A stretch of 63,757 bases of DNA, the filler included, from Stramenopiles sp. TOSAG23-3 (taxonomy: Eukaryota), in assembly GCA_900128585.1 (NCBI GenBank). It is 44 parts of 44 records of this genome, joined end to end, with 100 filler letters (N's around TTAATTAATTAA, not from the genome) between each part and the next. Parts side by side here need not be neighbours in the genome. Positions count along the whole stretch, not along the records: positions 34,983 to 36,332 come from LT645989.1; positions 36,433 to 37,782 come from LT645990.1; positions 37,883 to 39,232 come from LT645991.1; positions 39,333 to 40,680 come from LT645992.1; positions 40,781 to 42,128 come from LT645993.1; positions 42,229 to 43,575 come from LT645994.1; positions 43,676 to 45,022 come from LT645995.1; positions 45,123 to 46,467 come from LT645996.1; 36 more parts are not named here. The stretch is one strand, 5' to 3'. A program made the translations under genes and the position numbers. Positions 34,883-46,669 of the stretch are shown here, in pieces; positions within the stretch are counted from its first letter, which is position 1; every line of letters starts with the position of its first letter. The notes under the pieces are model-generated. The model made no database searches, had not been told where the DNA came from, and worked only from the letters and a program-made list of their open reading frames with translations.

Positions 34883-35362
34883 NNNNNNNNNNNNNNNNNN
34901 NNNNNNNNNNNNNNNNNNNNNNNNNNTTAATTAATTAANNNNNNNNNNNNNNNNNNNNNNNNNNNNNNNNNNNNNNNNNNNNCCGTGGAGAAAGAAGAAA
35001 ACGCTGGGCTAAAGAGGGCTTCCACCGGCAAACAGAAGGGGAACATGCACATGAGAGACTCGCTAAATAAGTTACAGAAAAAGAAGAGTTTGACTCCCGC
35101 AGAGGCAAACCGTATACGCGCGGCGATGCTCCAAGACGCCAAAGGGTTGAGCCACGTCAACAAAATGAAGACCATTGACGATGTTTAGAGCGCAGAGCGA
35201 GAGAGGGCGCGAGGAGGCCAATAGAGCATTAAATATTTATGCAAAAGTATGTAATTCTTATATTATCTTTTTAATCTTAGATATAATCTCTCCACACAAT
35301 CACACAATTGGCGACAGGCGAGGCCGCACGCAGGGGCCTCCCAGGGAACGCACGCATCCGAC

Positions 35363-36332
35363 TCACTTCAGTGGGGCAAAACCCAGACGCTTTTGTCCGT
35401 AGTCGAAGGCAACGTAGTACTTGCGCATGAATACATCGCCCATGATCCACAACGGTCCGTTGGGGGCTGGTACGTCAATGCCAGTGAACGCGAACAAGCA
35501 CACTGGGCCGGCCTTGATTACGTAGTCTTCACCTTGAAGAGTGAAGTCTTTTCCACCGAGAGTGACGGTCAATTCTGGAAGGCTGGGGATCTTCTTGCAG
35601 TCAATGGTGTACTCTTTTGGGTTCAGGAAGAATGGTTTGGCACCTGCAGCGGCGGCAAGGGCTTTGACATCGGCAGATGGGCCTGCCAAGATGGACGTTC
35701 CGGAATCAAGGATGACTTTGGTGCACGAGGTGACGCTCTTTCCGTTCAATTTCATGCCGTCAAGCTTGGTTTCCCAGTAGGTCTCGCTGGTAAGGTCAAC
35801 GTAGGTCAAGTCACCAGTGTAGTGGTTTGGGTCGGTTCCGCTCGTGCCGGACAAGTAGAATCCAAATACGGGCTCGTCAACAACGTGCTGTTCAACGGCA
35901 CCGCCGAATACGGTGGTCAAGTTATCAACGGAGATGCTTTGGAACGCAAGCCCAAGGATACCGTCGAACTTTCCAACAGAGTAGGCAAGTCCAAGTCCTT
36001 TGGCGTTGTCGATCATGGCGAAGTCTTGCCCTTTAACGGTGAAGGCACCAACTTGAACGTTGTCTTGGCCTACAATGCCACTTACTGGGCCACTTCCGTA
36101 GCGGATATCAAAGATGCGACCGTCAGCCTTGAAGGTGCTACTTTTGGTAGGGTCGAATTTCGGGTGAGAGCCGCAGCTGGAGCAGTTTTCGGCTGGGACC
36201 CACAAGTTGCTGGAACCGGTGTCGAAGATGACTTGGAACTGTTGGCCACCAACGGACGCTGGGCCGTAGTACTGGGCATCTTGGAAGTTGTGAAGGGCAA
36301 CTGGGTCAGTGGCAGACAAGCCGTACTTGGCG
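35363..36332 (-). CDS. Pepsin-family (A1) aspartic protease, cathepsin D-like, mature region
   Basis: DAQYYG, IFDTGSSNLWVP, FDGILGLAF, ILDSGTS and WIMGDVFMRKYY. Confidence 0.96.
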
Positions 36333-36639
36333 NNNNNNNNNNNNNNNNNNNNNNNNNNNNNNNNNNNNNNNNNNNNTTAATTAATTAANNNNNNNNNNNN
36401 NNNNNNNNNNNNNNNNNNNNNNNNNNNNNNNNCGAAGAAGTGAACACTAATAATACAACTATCACAAGACATCGATAAATCTTTCATGAATTGATTTACG
36501 AATTTATTATCAGTACCTTTTGTTAGAAAGTGTATAACAACTTGGGGCTGATTCATTACAGGCGAACTCGTTCACCGTTTTGCAAGAGCTCACACTCTAC
36601 ACGTGCTGTTCCACGTTTGGAGAAAGCGCTTTGGTCGTC

Positions 36640-37593
36640 ATGGGGTTGGACAGAATACACTTTTGGGGGGGCGTTGGGTTATCCTTCAACTGGAAGACCT
36701 TTTTTCCTTTGGCTTCTTTTATTGGTGGTATTGTTACTATTATAGTTACCGTAGTGATCTGGTTTTCGTTTCCCCATTTTGATGAAGGTTGGGGGTGGCC
36801 CCCGCTATCGATGGTAGGGAGAGAGGTCCCATCGTTTTACATTTTTTCGACGGGCTTCACTGTGACCGGAGTCTTTGTTGTCTGTTTTGCCTTCCAATAT
36901 TTGTCCTTTCTCAACCAATTGCAGACATCGTTTGCGGTAACAAAGAAGAATGTGTGGGAAGTTCCTATGACAATTGGGTTTTTTTTAGCGGGTCTCAACT
37001 TGGCGTTTTTGGCACTTACAAACCATCGAGAAGTGTACTATTCAAAGATCGCTCCCCACATCATCACAACGCTGGTTATGTTCTTCGCAGCCTTGACGGC
37101 GTGCGTTTGCGGGTACAAGGCCCTGTCCCATGTCCGGTTAAATGCGGGCGATGACACCATCGGTCGTTCAAAAGAAGGATCCGCTCGAGCAATGGCGTAC
37201 CTGGACCGTCTGATTTTACTTAAATTGCGTGTCATGATGCTTTTGGGCGTGGCGGTCATGGTACACGTGCCTGCCGGATACATTTTGCCTGGGATAATGT
37301 GTAAAGGGAAAACGATCAAGATTTCAATGAACGACTGCAAAGAAACTTTCGATCTTGCCCCGGACTATTGCGAAGCCTGGATGTCCTCGACCAACTCTTC
37401 CATGACAAGATTAAACAATAATAAATGTGGTGGCTGGCTGATACTGGCGTCAGTTACCCAACACATTCTAATCGTTGTGTTGTTGTTGGTAATCCTGACC
37501 TTTGCGTTTGATTTATCCTTTGACCTGAAAGAGAAACAGGCTGGCAATGAAGACGACTCCGACCAAAAGCCGCTGGAGCTAGGTAAAATATGA
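36640..37593 (+). CDS. Frag1/DRAM/Sfk1-like multi-pass membrane protein
   Basis: About 6 TM helices; WPPLSMVG..P..YIFSTG pattern; conserved His in TM4. Confidence 0.65.
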   Translation: MGLDRIHFWGGVGLSFNWKTFFPLASFIGGIVTIIVTVVIWFSFPHFDEGWGWPPLSMVGREVPSFYIFSTGFTVTGVFVVCFAFQYLSFLNQLQTSFAVTKKNVWEVPMTIGFFLAGLNLAFLALTNHREVYYSKIAPHIITTLVMFFAALTACVCGYKALSHVRLNAGDDTIGRSKEGSARAMAYLDRLILLKLRVMMLLGVAVMVHVPAGYILPGIMCKGKTIKISMNDCKETFDLAPDYCEAWMSSTNSSMTRLNNNKCGGWLILASVTQHILIVVLLLVILTFAFDLSFDLKEKQAGNEDDSDQKPLELGKI

Positions 37594-38604
37594 GAGAGGC
37601 CACATTTATACTCGGGGGTACTCGGGAGTTTCTACTAAAAGGGTACTCGGGAGTTTCTACTAAAACAAAATTATGGCTGTTAGTTAAGTAATTAACGTAC
37701 TGCGAACTGAACTTTACTTACTCATATTTTTTTTTAAAACAAAATAAACTTGGCGGGGTTATTAACTCATATGTTATTTTATNNNNNNNNNNNNNNNNNN
37801 NNNNNNNNNNNNNNNNNNNNNNNNNNTTAATTAATTAANNNNNNNNNNNNNNNNNNNNNNNNNNNNNNNNNNNNNNNNNNNNAAGAAGAAGAAGAAGAAG
37901 AAAGAAGAAAGAAGAAAGAAGAAGAAGAAGAAGAAGAAGAAGAAGAAGAAGAAAGAAGAAGTAGAAGAAGAAAGAGAGAAGAAAGAGAGAAGAAAGAAGA
38001 AGAAGAAAGAGGAGAGAAAAGATTATAAAAGAAGAAGAAAGAAGGAGGAGGATAGAAGGAGGTTATGTTTTCAGACGATATTATAAAGTATATAAATTAT
38101 TGTACTTAATATTTATATTTTATCCTAGGTTCATTTTATATTTAAAATATATTTATACAGGTATACATAATATTGAATTCATTAAATAGTACTATATTGA
38201 TAGGTATTGGTGTGATTAGTGTACTTATTATAAACATTAGTATATAAAATCAGGGGAATACTCTTATTATTATGAGAAGAGCATCATCTGTAGTAATAAA
38301 AATAAAAATACGCACCTCCTTGCTTCTTTTCTCTTCTTCTTTTCTTCTTCCAAGAAAATATATATATTTTGTTGTTGTAAAGAAGTGTTTACGCTTTTCT
38401 AACTCCGACTATAATTTTTTTGTAAGGATAAATAAATTTAAAAAGAAAGAAGAAGAAAGAAATGGAAACAACACTACCACGAAGTGGAAAAATATGCTAT
38501 GCGGGTTTATCGAAGTATGACAACACAAATGAAGTCTGTAAAACGATGCGCTCGTCGGGCGGTGAATGCACGTGCAATTTTATGTCCAGACAAACATGTT
38601 TATG

Positions 38605-39232
38605 TTAATTCCCTTCGTTTTTTGCCTCGATATACTCAAAAATAGCTTTCCAGTTGTCAGCGTTCCAAGAACCATCTGTAGTCGCCTCTTTATATGCCGT
38701 GGCAGCAGCATGAGTCAAATGATGTCGCTCTGCACCAAGATTTTGCGATAGCTCACTGGCGAGACGTGCATCTTTCTCCATGTGCCTTAGCTGAAACAGC
38801 GGTGGATGGGCACCATCAAGCATGAACTTGCTGCACAGACCAAGGAGTGGGCTGAACATCGCATGACCCTGCAGAAGCTGGAGGAAACTCTCAGAATTCA
38901 AACTGGCACCACGCATTTGTGACAAACCCTCTGCAATCGATGCAGTGATTTTAGCAAGCAGGCCATTGATAATAATCTTGGCCTGGCTTGCCGCTCTCTC
39001 ATCCTCAGAAAGAAATACGGCGTTCTTTGACATCACCAGCAACGCTGGTTCCACCACGTCAAATACTGCACGGTCTCCCGAACATAAGGACTGACAGGTC
39101 GCATTAACCGCCATCTTGCTGTGACCAGCAACTGGGGATGCCAAGAATGCACCACTGCGCTCGCGAACTTGACGAGCTAGCTCGCTGATGGTATCTGCAT
39201 CGATAGTCGCGCACTCGCACACGTACTTTCCT
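38605..39232 (-). CDS. Beta-hydroxyacid dehydrogenase (3-hydroxyisobutyrate dehydrogenase / glyoxylate reductase family) fragment
   Basis: ECATID, FLASPVAG, AKIIIN and FQLRHMEKDARLA. Confidence 0.88.
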
Positions 39233-39370
39233 NNNNNNNNNNNNNNNNNNNNNNNNNNNNNNNNNNNNNNNNNNNNTTAATTAATTAANNNNNNNNNNNN
39301 NNNNNNNNNNNNNNNNNNNNNNNNNNNNNNNNAAGCATTAACGTAGCCTGCACCATGACCGTCGCCATCA

Positions 39371-39874
39371 GTGCCACCTCCGTCGCAGAGCATAAAGCGT
39401 ATATGGCAAGGGCCAAAGTTCGCGAAGCTGTTCACGGCTACGTTCTTTATTCTTAGGGCTGCTATACGGTCAAGGGCCCACAAAAAGGATGTCCTTGCCC
39501 TTACTGGCATTGGAATACCGGAAGAAATAGCATCGGACTTTGCAATGGTAGTGCACTCCAACCGGGAAGAATTAGAATCTTCCGCAAAAGACAGTAGCGT
39601 ATCGTGCCCAAGTTTGGAGAATATCAGGTGGCGAGTTGACGTGGCCATCTCGACGAGCGCGCTCTCCAAGTGCCTGAAACCCAGTATTTTGATGCAAATG
39701 GCGCTAAGTGATGGTTCCATCAAAAATTTTGAGTTGCCGCTCGAAAAATTTCACGACTTGCGCTGTAACGTTGCGAAGGCTTTGCGAGGCATCCATGGTT
39801 TGGAATCGCACCCTTTAGTGCGAGTTATTAAACACGTAGAGATTAATGAAAAGCAGAACTTGGCGAAGGAGTAA
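39371..39874 (+). CDS. COMMD5: COMM-domain protein 5 (start uncertain)
   Basis: PSLENIRWRVDVAISTSAL...PSILMQMALSDG...FHDLRCNVA. Confidence 0.85.
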   Translation: MPPPSQSIKRIWQGPKFAKLFTATFFILRAAIRSRAHKKDVLALTGIGIPEEIASDFAMVVHSNREELESSAKDSSVSCPSLENIRWRVDVAISTSALSKCLKPSILMQMALSDGSIKNFELPLEKFHDLRCNVAKALRGIHGLESHPLVRVIKHVEINEKQNLAKE

Positions 39875-40238
39875 CTTGTGAAAAATAGTGTCAGATTCAA
39901 AAAATCTTTAAATTTTCTCACGTTAACTCTATAACTATTATTATGCATTTTTAACGAATTTTTTCTGTTTTATAAAAAAAATTATATAGTATGTTTTAAG
40001 ACTCTCGTTTTAAATCAATTACTACTTCTGTTTATTAATTAAGTTTTTTAAATCACATGTAGAAATGGGGTTTTCAACGCGCATGTACCGCAAAAAAGAA
40101 TTAATCAATTTTACATTGGCGTTTTTACGGGATTAGGGTAGTTGTACTTCGTAAAAACTCTACGAGTACGAGTATGCTAAAATTTAGATTTTACGAAATT
40201 AACCCCACTGGCCCTGCGACCTCCGTACCGGTACCAAC

Positions 40239-40680
40239 TCAGTACTGGGTCTCCAGTGCCACCCGCTTCTTCATTTCGCTAGAAATCTGCCTTTTCCCCT
40301 GCCTTTCCGCCAGCTCGTTAATTGCACTGTTGTACTTAATTGATGCAGACTGCTCTTCCACTGCATGTTTCGTCTTCTTCGCTTGAGCTTCTGCGAGCCT
40401 CATCTGAAACGGTATGGCACGTTCGCTTGTCGTAGGGCGGGGTGGCAACACGTTTTGCACTGTGTGGACCGAAGCGGCATCGGCGGTTAATGCAGAATAT
40501 GCATTATCGGACATATGGGTAGTTGGACGGCTGTACATACTGCTATCTTCGCGTGTGCTAACAGCGCGCCCATCCTCGAAGACTTCGCTGTATGCGCTGT
40601 AATCGTCAGAGTAACCCATGCTTCCCAGGGCAGCAGAATCGTTCGAACGGAAATGCACAGACCGGCTTTCTGGTGCTGTC
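40239..40680 (-). CDS. Hypothetical protein, C-terminal fragment
   Basis: Open from the contig edge with coding-like composition. Confidence 0.6.
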
Positions 40681-41071
40681 NNNNNNNNNNNNNNNNNNNN
40701 NNNNNNNNNNNNNNNNNNNNNNNNTTAATTAATTAANNNNNNNNNNNNNNNNNNNNNNNNNNNNNNNNNNNNNNNNNNNNGGCGCCGTTGAAAGAAGCAC
40801 GAAGATCCCATGTGTATGGTGACGCACTCCGAAATGTCCAGTCTAATCCTATGGCGATGATGCGAAAAGGGCCAAACGTTTGAAAATCAGGAGAGAAGTT
40901 CTTTAGAAATAAACATTCTGATACGATATCTTATGAGATTGCACACCGATAAATCTCTTAAATTAATTTATATTTTTTTAGACTTTCCTGTAAATTACAA
41001 GTACTCGCACCCTATTATTACAACTCAGACTACACTCAGGCGCAAACTCTGCCCTTGTAAAATTTCCGTCA

Positions 41072-42049
41072 TTAGTGGCATTCTATGTACACTTCTATAT
41101 CTATTGCGCCACTAACAAATAAACGATTTACCATCGGTTCTACAACCGCCGGACACGAGCTCCGGTAAAAAGCAAGGCGGTCCATGGCGCCGATCACATC
41201 CTTGACGTCTGCTTGCTTCAGCACGGCTTTCAATTTTTTCTCGTCTTCTTCAAGTTTTATGGAACATGTTCGTGCAGTCATTCCAGGGACTGCTTGGAGA
41301 GTTACAATTTTGGACCATATTTGTTCAAGACAGGATTCTAATTCTCCCCCGTACAAAATCCTCCCCCCATCCTTGGCCCTGGGGCCGAGTTGGTACAGGT
41401 ATCGTATTCTTGAAGCAGCCTTCACCATCAAAGGCTCCACCTCTCCAAAACTTTCGAGCTGTTCCAAAAACGTCTCGACTACAGCTGCATCCTTGCACAA
41501 GTGTACATTGTTCTCAAAGCTATCTACAACGGTCGAAACGCTCAACGAAACCGCAGCCTCCCTGTCTTCTTCTAATCCAAGGCTTATGTGCCTCTCTGTG
41601 CACATGCGAAGGAAAAGGTAATTTGCAAACGTACATTTGTTCGACTCAAAAAATTGCGCCAGCCACTGCTGACTCGACTGCTCCATGGCGTTACGACTCT
41701 TCGGCAAGATCAACACTTCAGCCTTCTCCACGTCACGCTTTATCAGTTCCCACGCCGACTTCATATTAGGGAATACAACAGCCCCTAGCAGGACGCCTTG
41801 AACCGCCCGTTCAATGTGGTAAAAAAAATCTTGGGCTCTCGTGAGGGTGGCAGCTGCTGTCCCCGACTGCAAAAATGGGGAAGCGTCAGCAACTTTTGGC
41901 TGAGGCTCTAGCAGAGCATGGAACCGCTTTCGTAGCTCTTCAAGTTCATTCGTTGATTTGACCGACATCTTGGTGATTAACACGGTTTCTGCGGTAGGAC
42001 AGATAATGGGGCACTTTATTGTTATTCGCTCGAATTTTAGTACCAGTCC
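41072..42049 (-). CDS. Hypothetical helical protein, C-terminal fragment
   Basis: Long ORF. Its apparent N-terminus (42050-42128) is an inverted copy of 40781-40859. Confidence 0.7.
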   Translation of the reverse strand, partial: GLVLKFERITIKCPIICPTAETVLITKMSVKSTNELEELRKRFHALLEPQPKVADASPFLQSGTAAATLTRAQDFFYHIERAVQGVLLGAVVFPNMKSAWELIKRDVEKAEVLILPKSRNAMEQSSQQWLAQFFESNKCTFANYLFLRMCTERHISLGLEEDREAAVSLSVSTVVDSFENNVHLCKDAAVVETFLEQLESFGEVEPLMVKAASRIRYLYQLGPRAKDGGRILYGGELESCLEQIWSKIVTLQAVPGMTARTCSIKLEEDEKKLKAVLKQADVKDVIGAMDRLAFYRSSCPAVVEPMVNRLFVSGAIDIEVYIECH

Positions 42050-42262
42050 CATCGCCATAGGATTAGACTGGACATTTCGGAGTGCGTCACCATACACATG
42101 GGATCTTCGTGCTTCTTTCAACGGCGCCNNNNNNNNNNNNNNNNNNNNNNNNNNNNNNNNNNNNNNNNNNNNTTAATTAATTAANNNNNNNNNNNNNNNN
42201 NNNNNNNNNNNNNNNNNNNNNNNNNNNNAAAAAATCGTTTATACTGTCGTGACTTTAGTTTT

Positions 42263-43321
42263 TTAGATCTCCCCGTTCTGGACTTTATGTACGTACAAGA
42301 CATTGTTCTGTTGGCTATAGAACTTGTGGCCTTTGTGCCAGTCGTAGGAGTTCGCATACGCGAGCAGCGTGGCCGTGGTGTTGAACTTTACGGCCGTGAT
42401 GCAGTTCGCGCCGCCTTTCTTGCTCAGCTGCTTCAACTTTCGCTTCGTGTTCTTGTTCCACAGCCCGATCGTCCCGTCGGCGCCCCCCGTGGCGAAGGAC
42501 CCCCGGTGGTTGAAGGAGATGCTGTTGACGGGGTAGACCCGCTGGCCCTGGCTCTTGTTCCCCGGGACAATGTCCTCCCGGTGGCACTTGAACTTGTAAC
42601 TCTTCCTCGGCGGCTGGGGGTTGTCCTGGAACAGCTCCACGGCGACGCGCCCCTCTATCGACCCGACGCAGTACCCCTGGAGGTCCGGCCACAGCCCGAC
42701 CGTCCGAAGCTGGTCCGTCAGCGCGCTTTTCGTCGTCTTCCACGGCTGTTGGGGGCTATTCAGGTTGTAAAAGTTGAGCGTCCCGTCGGAGAGGCCGACG
42801 CAGAGCATGTTTTTGTGCGAGTCCATGCAGTAGGCCTTGTTCGGAAGGAGGACCTGTATCGCGGGCTGGGTCGGGGGGGCCCGCACGTCCCAGTACTTGA
42901 GGTACTTGTCCCACCCGGCGGTGGCGAGCGCGGGCTGGCTCCCGTTGTTCAGGGCGACGAACCGGATGCAGCTGACCGGGCTCTGGTGGGCGTTCACGAT
43001 GTTGGTCTTGTTCTGCTTGTAGTTCCACATCCCGAAGGTGTTGTCGCACGCCCCGGAGAAGACGTAGTCGGCGTACGGCGAGTTCGCCGCCCCCCACGTG
43101 CAGCAGAGGACCGGCGCCTTGTGGAGCGTTTGCGTCGGGCCGGGCTGGATTTGCGGGGTCTGGGCCGACGGGTTTACCTGGTACATTCGAACGGTCTTGT
43201 CCCAGGAACCCCCGACCAAAAACTCAGGGGCGTTCTGCTGCGTGTTCTCTCGAAATGCAACGCACGATATGGAGTCCGTAAACCCCTGACAGGGAGCGTC
43301 CTGCACCGCCCCATAGACCAT
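42263..43321 (-). CDS. RAE1: mRNA export factor RAE1/Gle2 (WD40)
   Basis: DSISC, SWDKTVR, GSIEGRVAV, FKCHR, ATGGADG and YANSYDWHKGH. Confidence 0.9.
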   Translation of the reverse strand: MVYGAVQDAPCQGFTDSISCVAFRENTQQNAPEFLVGGSWDKTVRMYQVNPSAQTPQIQPGPTQTLHKAPVLCCTWGAANSPYADYVFSGACDNTFGMWNYKQNKTNIVNAHQSPVSCIRFVALNNGSQPALATAGWDKYLKYWDVRAPPTQPAIQVLLPNKAYCMDSHKNMLCVGLSDGTLNFYNLNSPQQPWKTTKSALTDQLRTVGLWPDLQGYCVGSIEGRVAVELFQDNPQPPRKSYKFKCHREDIVPGNKSQGQRVYPVNSISFNHRGSFATGGADGTIGLWNKNTKRKLKQLSKKGGANCITAVKFNTTATLLAYANSYDWHKGHKFYSQQNNVLYVHKVQNGEI

Positions 43322-43675
43322 GTTGACGAGACGAGGAGGGAGGGAGGGGGGGAGGAAGGAAAAATGTCGTTCGGTTTGGTCAATTGATTCGTCAAGAAAC
43401 ACACGGCACAAATCCAACGGTAGTACAAACTATTCAAACGGGACGAAGAAACGTAAACAGCAGAATGTTTCTAAAAATACTATCGTTTGGTTTGGTTTTG
43501 GTTACCTATGATGCACATTTTCGCTGGTTTCGTTTTATAATCATCCTTTTGAATCCAATCAATCAACCAATCAAANNNNNNNNNNNNNNNNNNNNNNNNN
43601 NNNNNNNNNNNNNNNNNNNTTAATTAATTAANNNNNNNNNNNNNNNNNNNNNNNNNNNNNNNNNNNNNNNNNNNN

Positions 43676-43888
43676 GTTGCAGAGGCGTTGAAAGTGAATA
43701 CTTCGTTGACAACGATTCATTTGAGCTGTAACAACATTCGTGATGAAGGGGCAAAATATGTTGCAGAGGCGTTGAAAGTGAATACTTCGTTGACAGAGAT
43801 TCGTTTGGATGAGAACAACGTTGGTGATGAAGGGGCAAAATATGTTGCAGAGGCATTGAAAGTGAATACTTCGTTGATCAGTCATTGA
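43676..43888 (+). CDS. RI-type (NLRC3-like) leucine-rich repeat fragment; 84-nt tandem units
   Basis: VAEALKVNTSLT.I.L..NN..DEGAKY repeated about 2.5 times, nearly identical at DNA level. Confidence 0.85.
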   Translation, partial: VAEALKVNTSLTTIHLSCNNIRDEGAKYVAEALKVNTSLTEIRLDENNVGDEGAKYVAEALKVNTSLISH

Positions 43889-44057
43889 GAAAAGCGTGGA
43901 AACACAACTATGAATTAATTCTATATATTAATAAAAAACCAAAATATATAGTATGTTTTAAGACTCTCATTTAATACTATATAATTTGTTTTTTTTTTAA
44001 TATTAAATAATACAACAAAAATGTACAAGCAAACCCTGCTCCATGCTTACTTCGTAA

Positions 44058-45022
44058 TTACAACGCCTGCAAAAGCTCCCGGACGGCTCCAACATCGACG
44101 TAATAATTCGCCTCATTCGCCTTGATCTTCACCGTACAGAGGATGCTAGAGTTTACCCTCTCCGACTTTTCCCCCGTCCTCGTCCCATTGGCCACGTCAC
44201 TATCACCACCCACGTCTACGCTCCGCTTTAGATACTTAAACACGTTCCGGTCGCCCTTGCTCTCCCCATCCAAAATGCACAGCACCCCTGGCTTTGTCCC
44301 TTTCCTCTCCTTGGCCATTCGTTGGATGAACTGCTGGACGACCGCCGCCTTGCTCGCGCCGTACCGTCTCAACTCTACGCAATTCGCCCGTCGTTCCACC
44401 TTCACCCGACTCCCGGCGATGTACTCCAGCAGCGCGGACGTTAGGCTCAAAGAGTTCCGTTCCCCGTGCTCCGGGTCGGTGTCCTGGTACTGCCAGACCA
44501 TCGTGTTGTCGGTCTCCAGAATGCACGACCCCGGCGTGCGCTTCGTAAAGTACTCAAAGATGGGCCGGAAATTGTCCGCCCACTGCGTGCCCTGGCCGTA
44601 GATTCGAGGGCTGTTCTGCCGCAGCCACTCCGTCTCCCCTTCCCACCGAAGATAGAACCCCCCCTCCGCTACGATCGGGCACCGCACGCCCTCCAGGCAC
44701 GAGTCCATCCACTCCCGGGTATGGTACGAGTGGACCATGAGGCTCGTCCGGGCCTCCTGCCCGAGCCTCCGCAGCGACGCGAGCACGCCCTCGTCCAGCA
44801 CCTCCAGCTCGGCCAGGGACTGTTGTTCCACCAGAACGCCCTCAAAGTCCAAGATCACGAGCCGGTGGTGCGTGGACACGGGGAACACCTCCAGCGACTC
44901 CAGCTTTCGCATGTACACCGGTGCCGACCACTTCGTGCTGAGCGCAAACAGCTCCTCTGAGAACTGTTGAAGGTACCGGTGGGACGTGAACCGGTTGACG
45001 TGCGAGAGGAGGTGGGCGCTGG
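44058..45022 (-). CDS. Trehalose-6-phosphate synthase/phosphatase, C-terminal phosphatase-like domain
   Basis: RLVILDFEGVL, IVAEGGFY, YFTKRTPGS, WQYQDTDPEHG, VELR..GASK and CTV....EANYY. Confidence 0.88.
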
Positions 45023-45123
45023 NNNNNNNNNNNNNNNNNNNNNNNNNNNNNNNNNNNNNNNNNNNNTTAATTAATTAANNNNNNNNNNNNNNNNNNNNNN
45101 NNNNNNNNNNNNNNNNNNNNNNA

Positions 45124-46074
45124 ACGCTCCAATGTTTCAACGCGTCGAACCCCAACATGTACTTATATGTTTATAACAGTCGCAACAAGAAATATGTGAA
45201 AAAGTGGTTGGATGAAAATGTAGACAAGGGTGAAAATAAGAAAGACGGCCGTGACCGCCGTGCCCGCGAGCGCGCCGCCAGCGTCCGGAACGCACAGGCG
45301 TGGTCGATGGGAAAGATCCACGTGAAGGATAACCTGCGCTGCAAGCTTACTTTGGACGATTACCGACTCCGCTATTTCACCGGTTCGGAGGACTTCTTTT
45401 ATCGTATTTATAAAGCTAAAAAAGACGATAGTGCGGACAATGACGAATCCGAAGATACTTCTGAAGGCAGTTCGTCCTCTGAAGGCCAGAAGGGTGAGAA
45501 GAAGTCGATGGATGATTTAGAACGCGAGCGCGAGAGGCAGCGTCTGGAGCACAACAAGCGCAGAACCAAACGCTTCGAAGTCTGGGCAAAAAAATCCAGC
45601 GAGGAATTAATAGCTGCTGAAAAGGCCAATATTGCCGCTGAGGCCGCCGCCGCACAGGCAGGCCCTGGTAGTAGTGCCCCAACGGATGCTGCCGCGACCC
45701 AAGATGTCACCATGGCCACCGCGCCTGTGCCAGCGCCTGCGCCAGCGCCAGCGGTGCCGAAAACGGAAACTGTAGTCGCCCCTGCAGCAATCACTACGGC
45801 GGCGCCTGCCGTCAGCAATGCTGCCCCCGCCACCACACCTTCGACGTCTGGGGACGTGGAGATGATTTCCGTGGACCATTCGACCGCAAATGAGCAAAAA
45901 GGAGAAAGTAGCAGTGCCAGTTCGGCCCAGGCACCGGCTGTCGCGGACGTGAAGCAAGAAACCACAACCGTAGACACCGCCCCACCCGCAGCTGGGGCCG
46001 CACCTCTTAGTGGTGTTGCCAATAATGTAAACCCCGCCGCAGTCCAACATATTTCAGGGGAACAAGAGTTGTGA
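45124..46074 (+). CDS. SIN3: Sin3-like corepressor C-terminal domain plus low-complexity tail
   Basis: DNLRCKLTLDDYRLRYFTGSEDFFYR matches the Sin3 C-terminal 'L.CK....Y...Y....EDF.YR' pattern. Confidence 0.65.
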   Translation, partial: TLQCFNASNPNMYLYVYNSRNKKYVKKWLDENVDKGENKKDGRDRRARERAASVRNAQAWSMGKIHVKDNLRCKLTLDDYRLRYFTGSEDFFYRIYKAKKDDSADNDESEDTSEGSSSSEGQKGEKKSMDDLERERERQRLEHNKRRTKRFEVWAKKSSEELIAAEKANIAAEAAAAQAGPGSSAPTDAAATQDVTMATAPVPAPAPAPAVPKTETVVAPAAITTAAPAVSNAAPATTPSTSGDVEMISVDHSTANEQKGESSSASSAQAPAVADVKQETTTVDTAPPAAGAAPLSGVANNVNPAAVQHISGEQEL

Positions 46075-46669
46075 TCTAACTTCGTGCTCGTTTTTGGACA
46101 AAGTTAAATACCAATAATAATATCTCAAATATCATATCAAAAACAATTATGATAATATTACGCTGCCGCTGATCGGATGGTCAGCGACACCAAGCTTATA
46201 TATTTAAAAAACACACACTCTCGAGAGTGTTCGTCTTCATTTTACATTTTTGTAAATGAAAAAACCTAATTCAGTCAAGAAAATGCTAAGGCTTACAGGA
46301 GTACTTTGCAGGGGCTTCGGGAGTGGTAATTAGATCAGAACTGAAGTGCAGGAAAAAAAGAGAAAAAAAAGACCAAAAAATTATCTCGCTCTTCTTCTTC
46401 CATCTCCGAAATTGATAAAAACAGAAGAAAAAAAGGACGTGGCGTGGCATCGATGTCCTCACAAGTANNNNNNNNNNNNNNNNNNNNNNNNNNNNNNNNN
46501 NNNNNNNNNNNTTAATTAATTAANNNNNNNNNNNNNNNNNNNNNNNNNNNNNNNNNNNNNNNNNNNNCCCGTTGGAGTCTCGTCCTGCTGGCAACGCTCT
46601 GATTCTCTGTGTCTTCATCCGAGGATATCACTACTAGGGTCGGGGCGATGCTGTGTTGCCGACTGCTGG

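Noticed and set aside
37615-37665. 25-nt tandem duplication gggtactcgggagtttctactaaaa
   Set aside because: Only two copies; a simple local duplication.
42287-43387. Long antisense ORFs (also 35393-36388, 59576-60523, 51444-52228)
   Set aside because: Shadows of GC-rich or codon-biased genes on the opposite strand.
43676-43876. 84-nt repeats with variable middles resembling CRISPR
   Set aside because: In-frame 28-aa LRR units.
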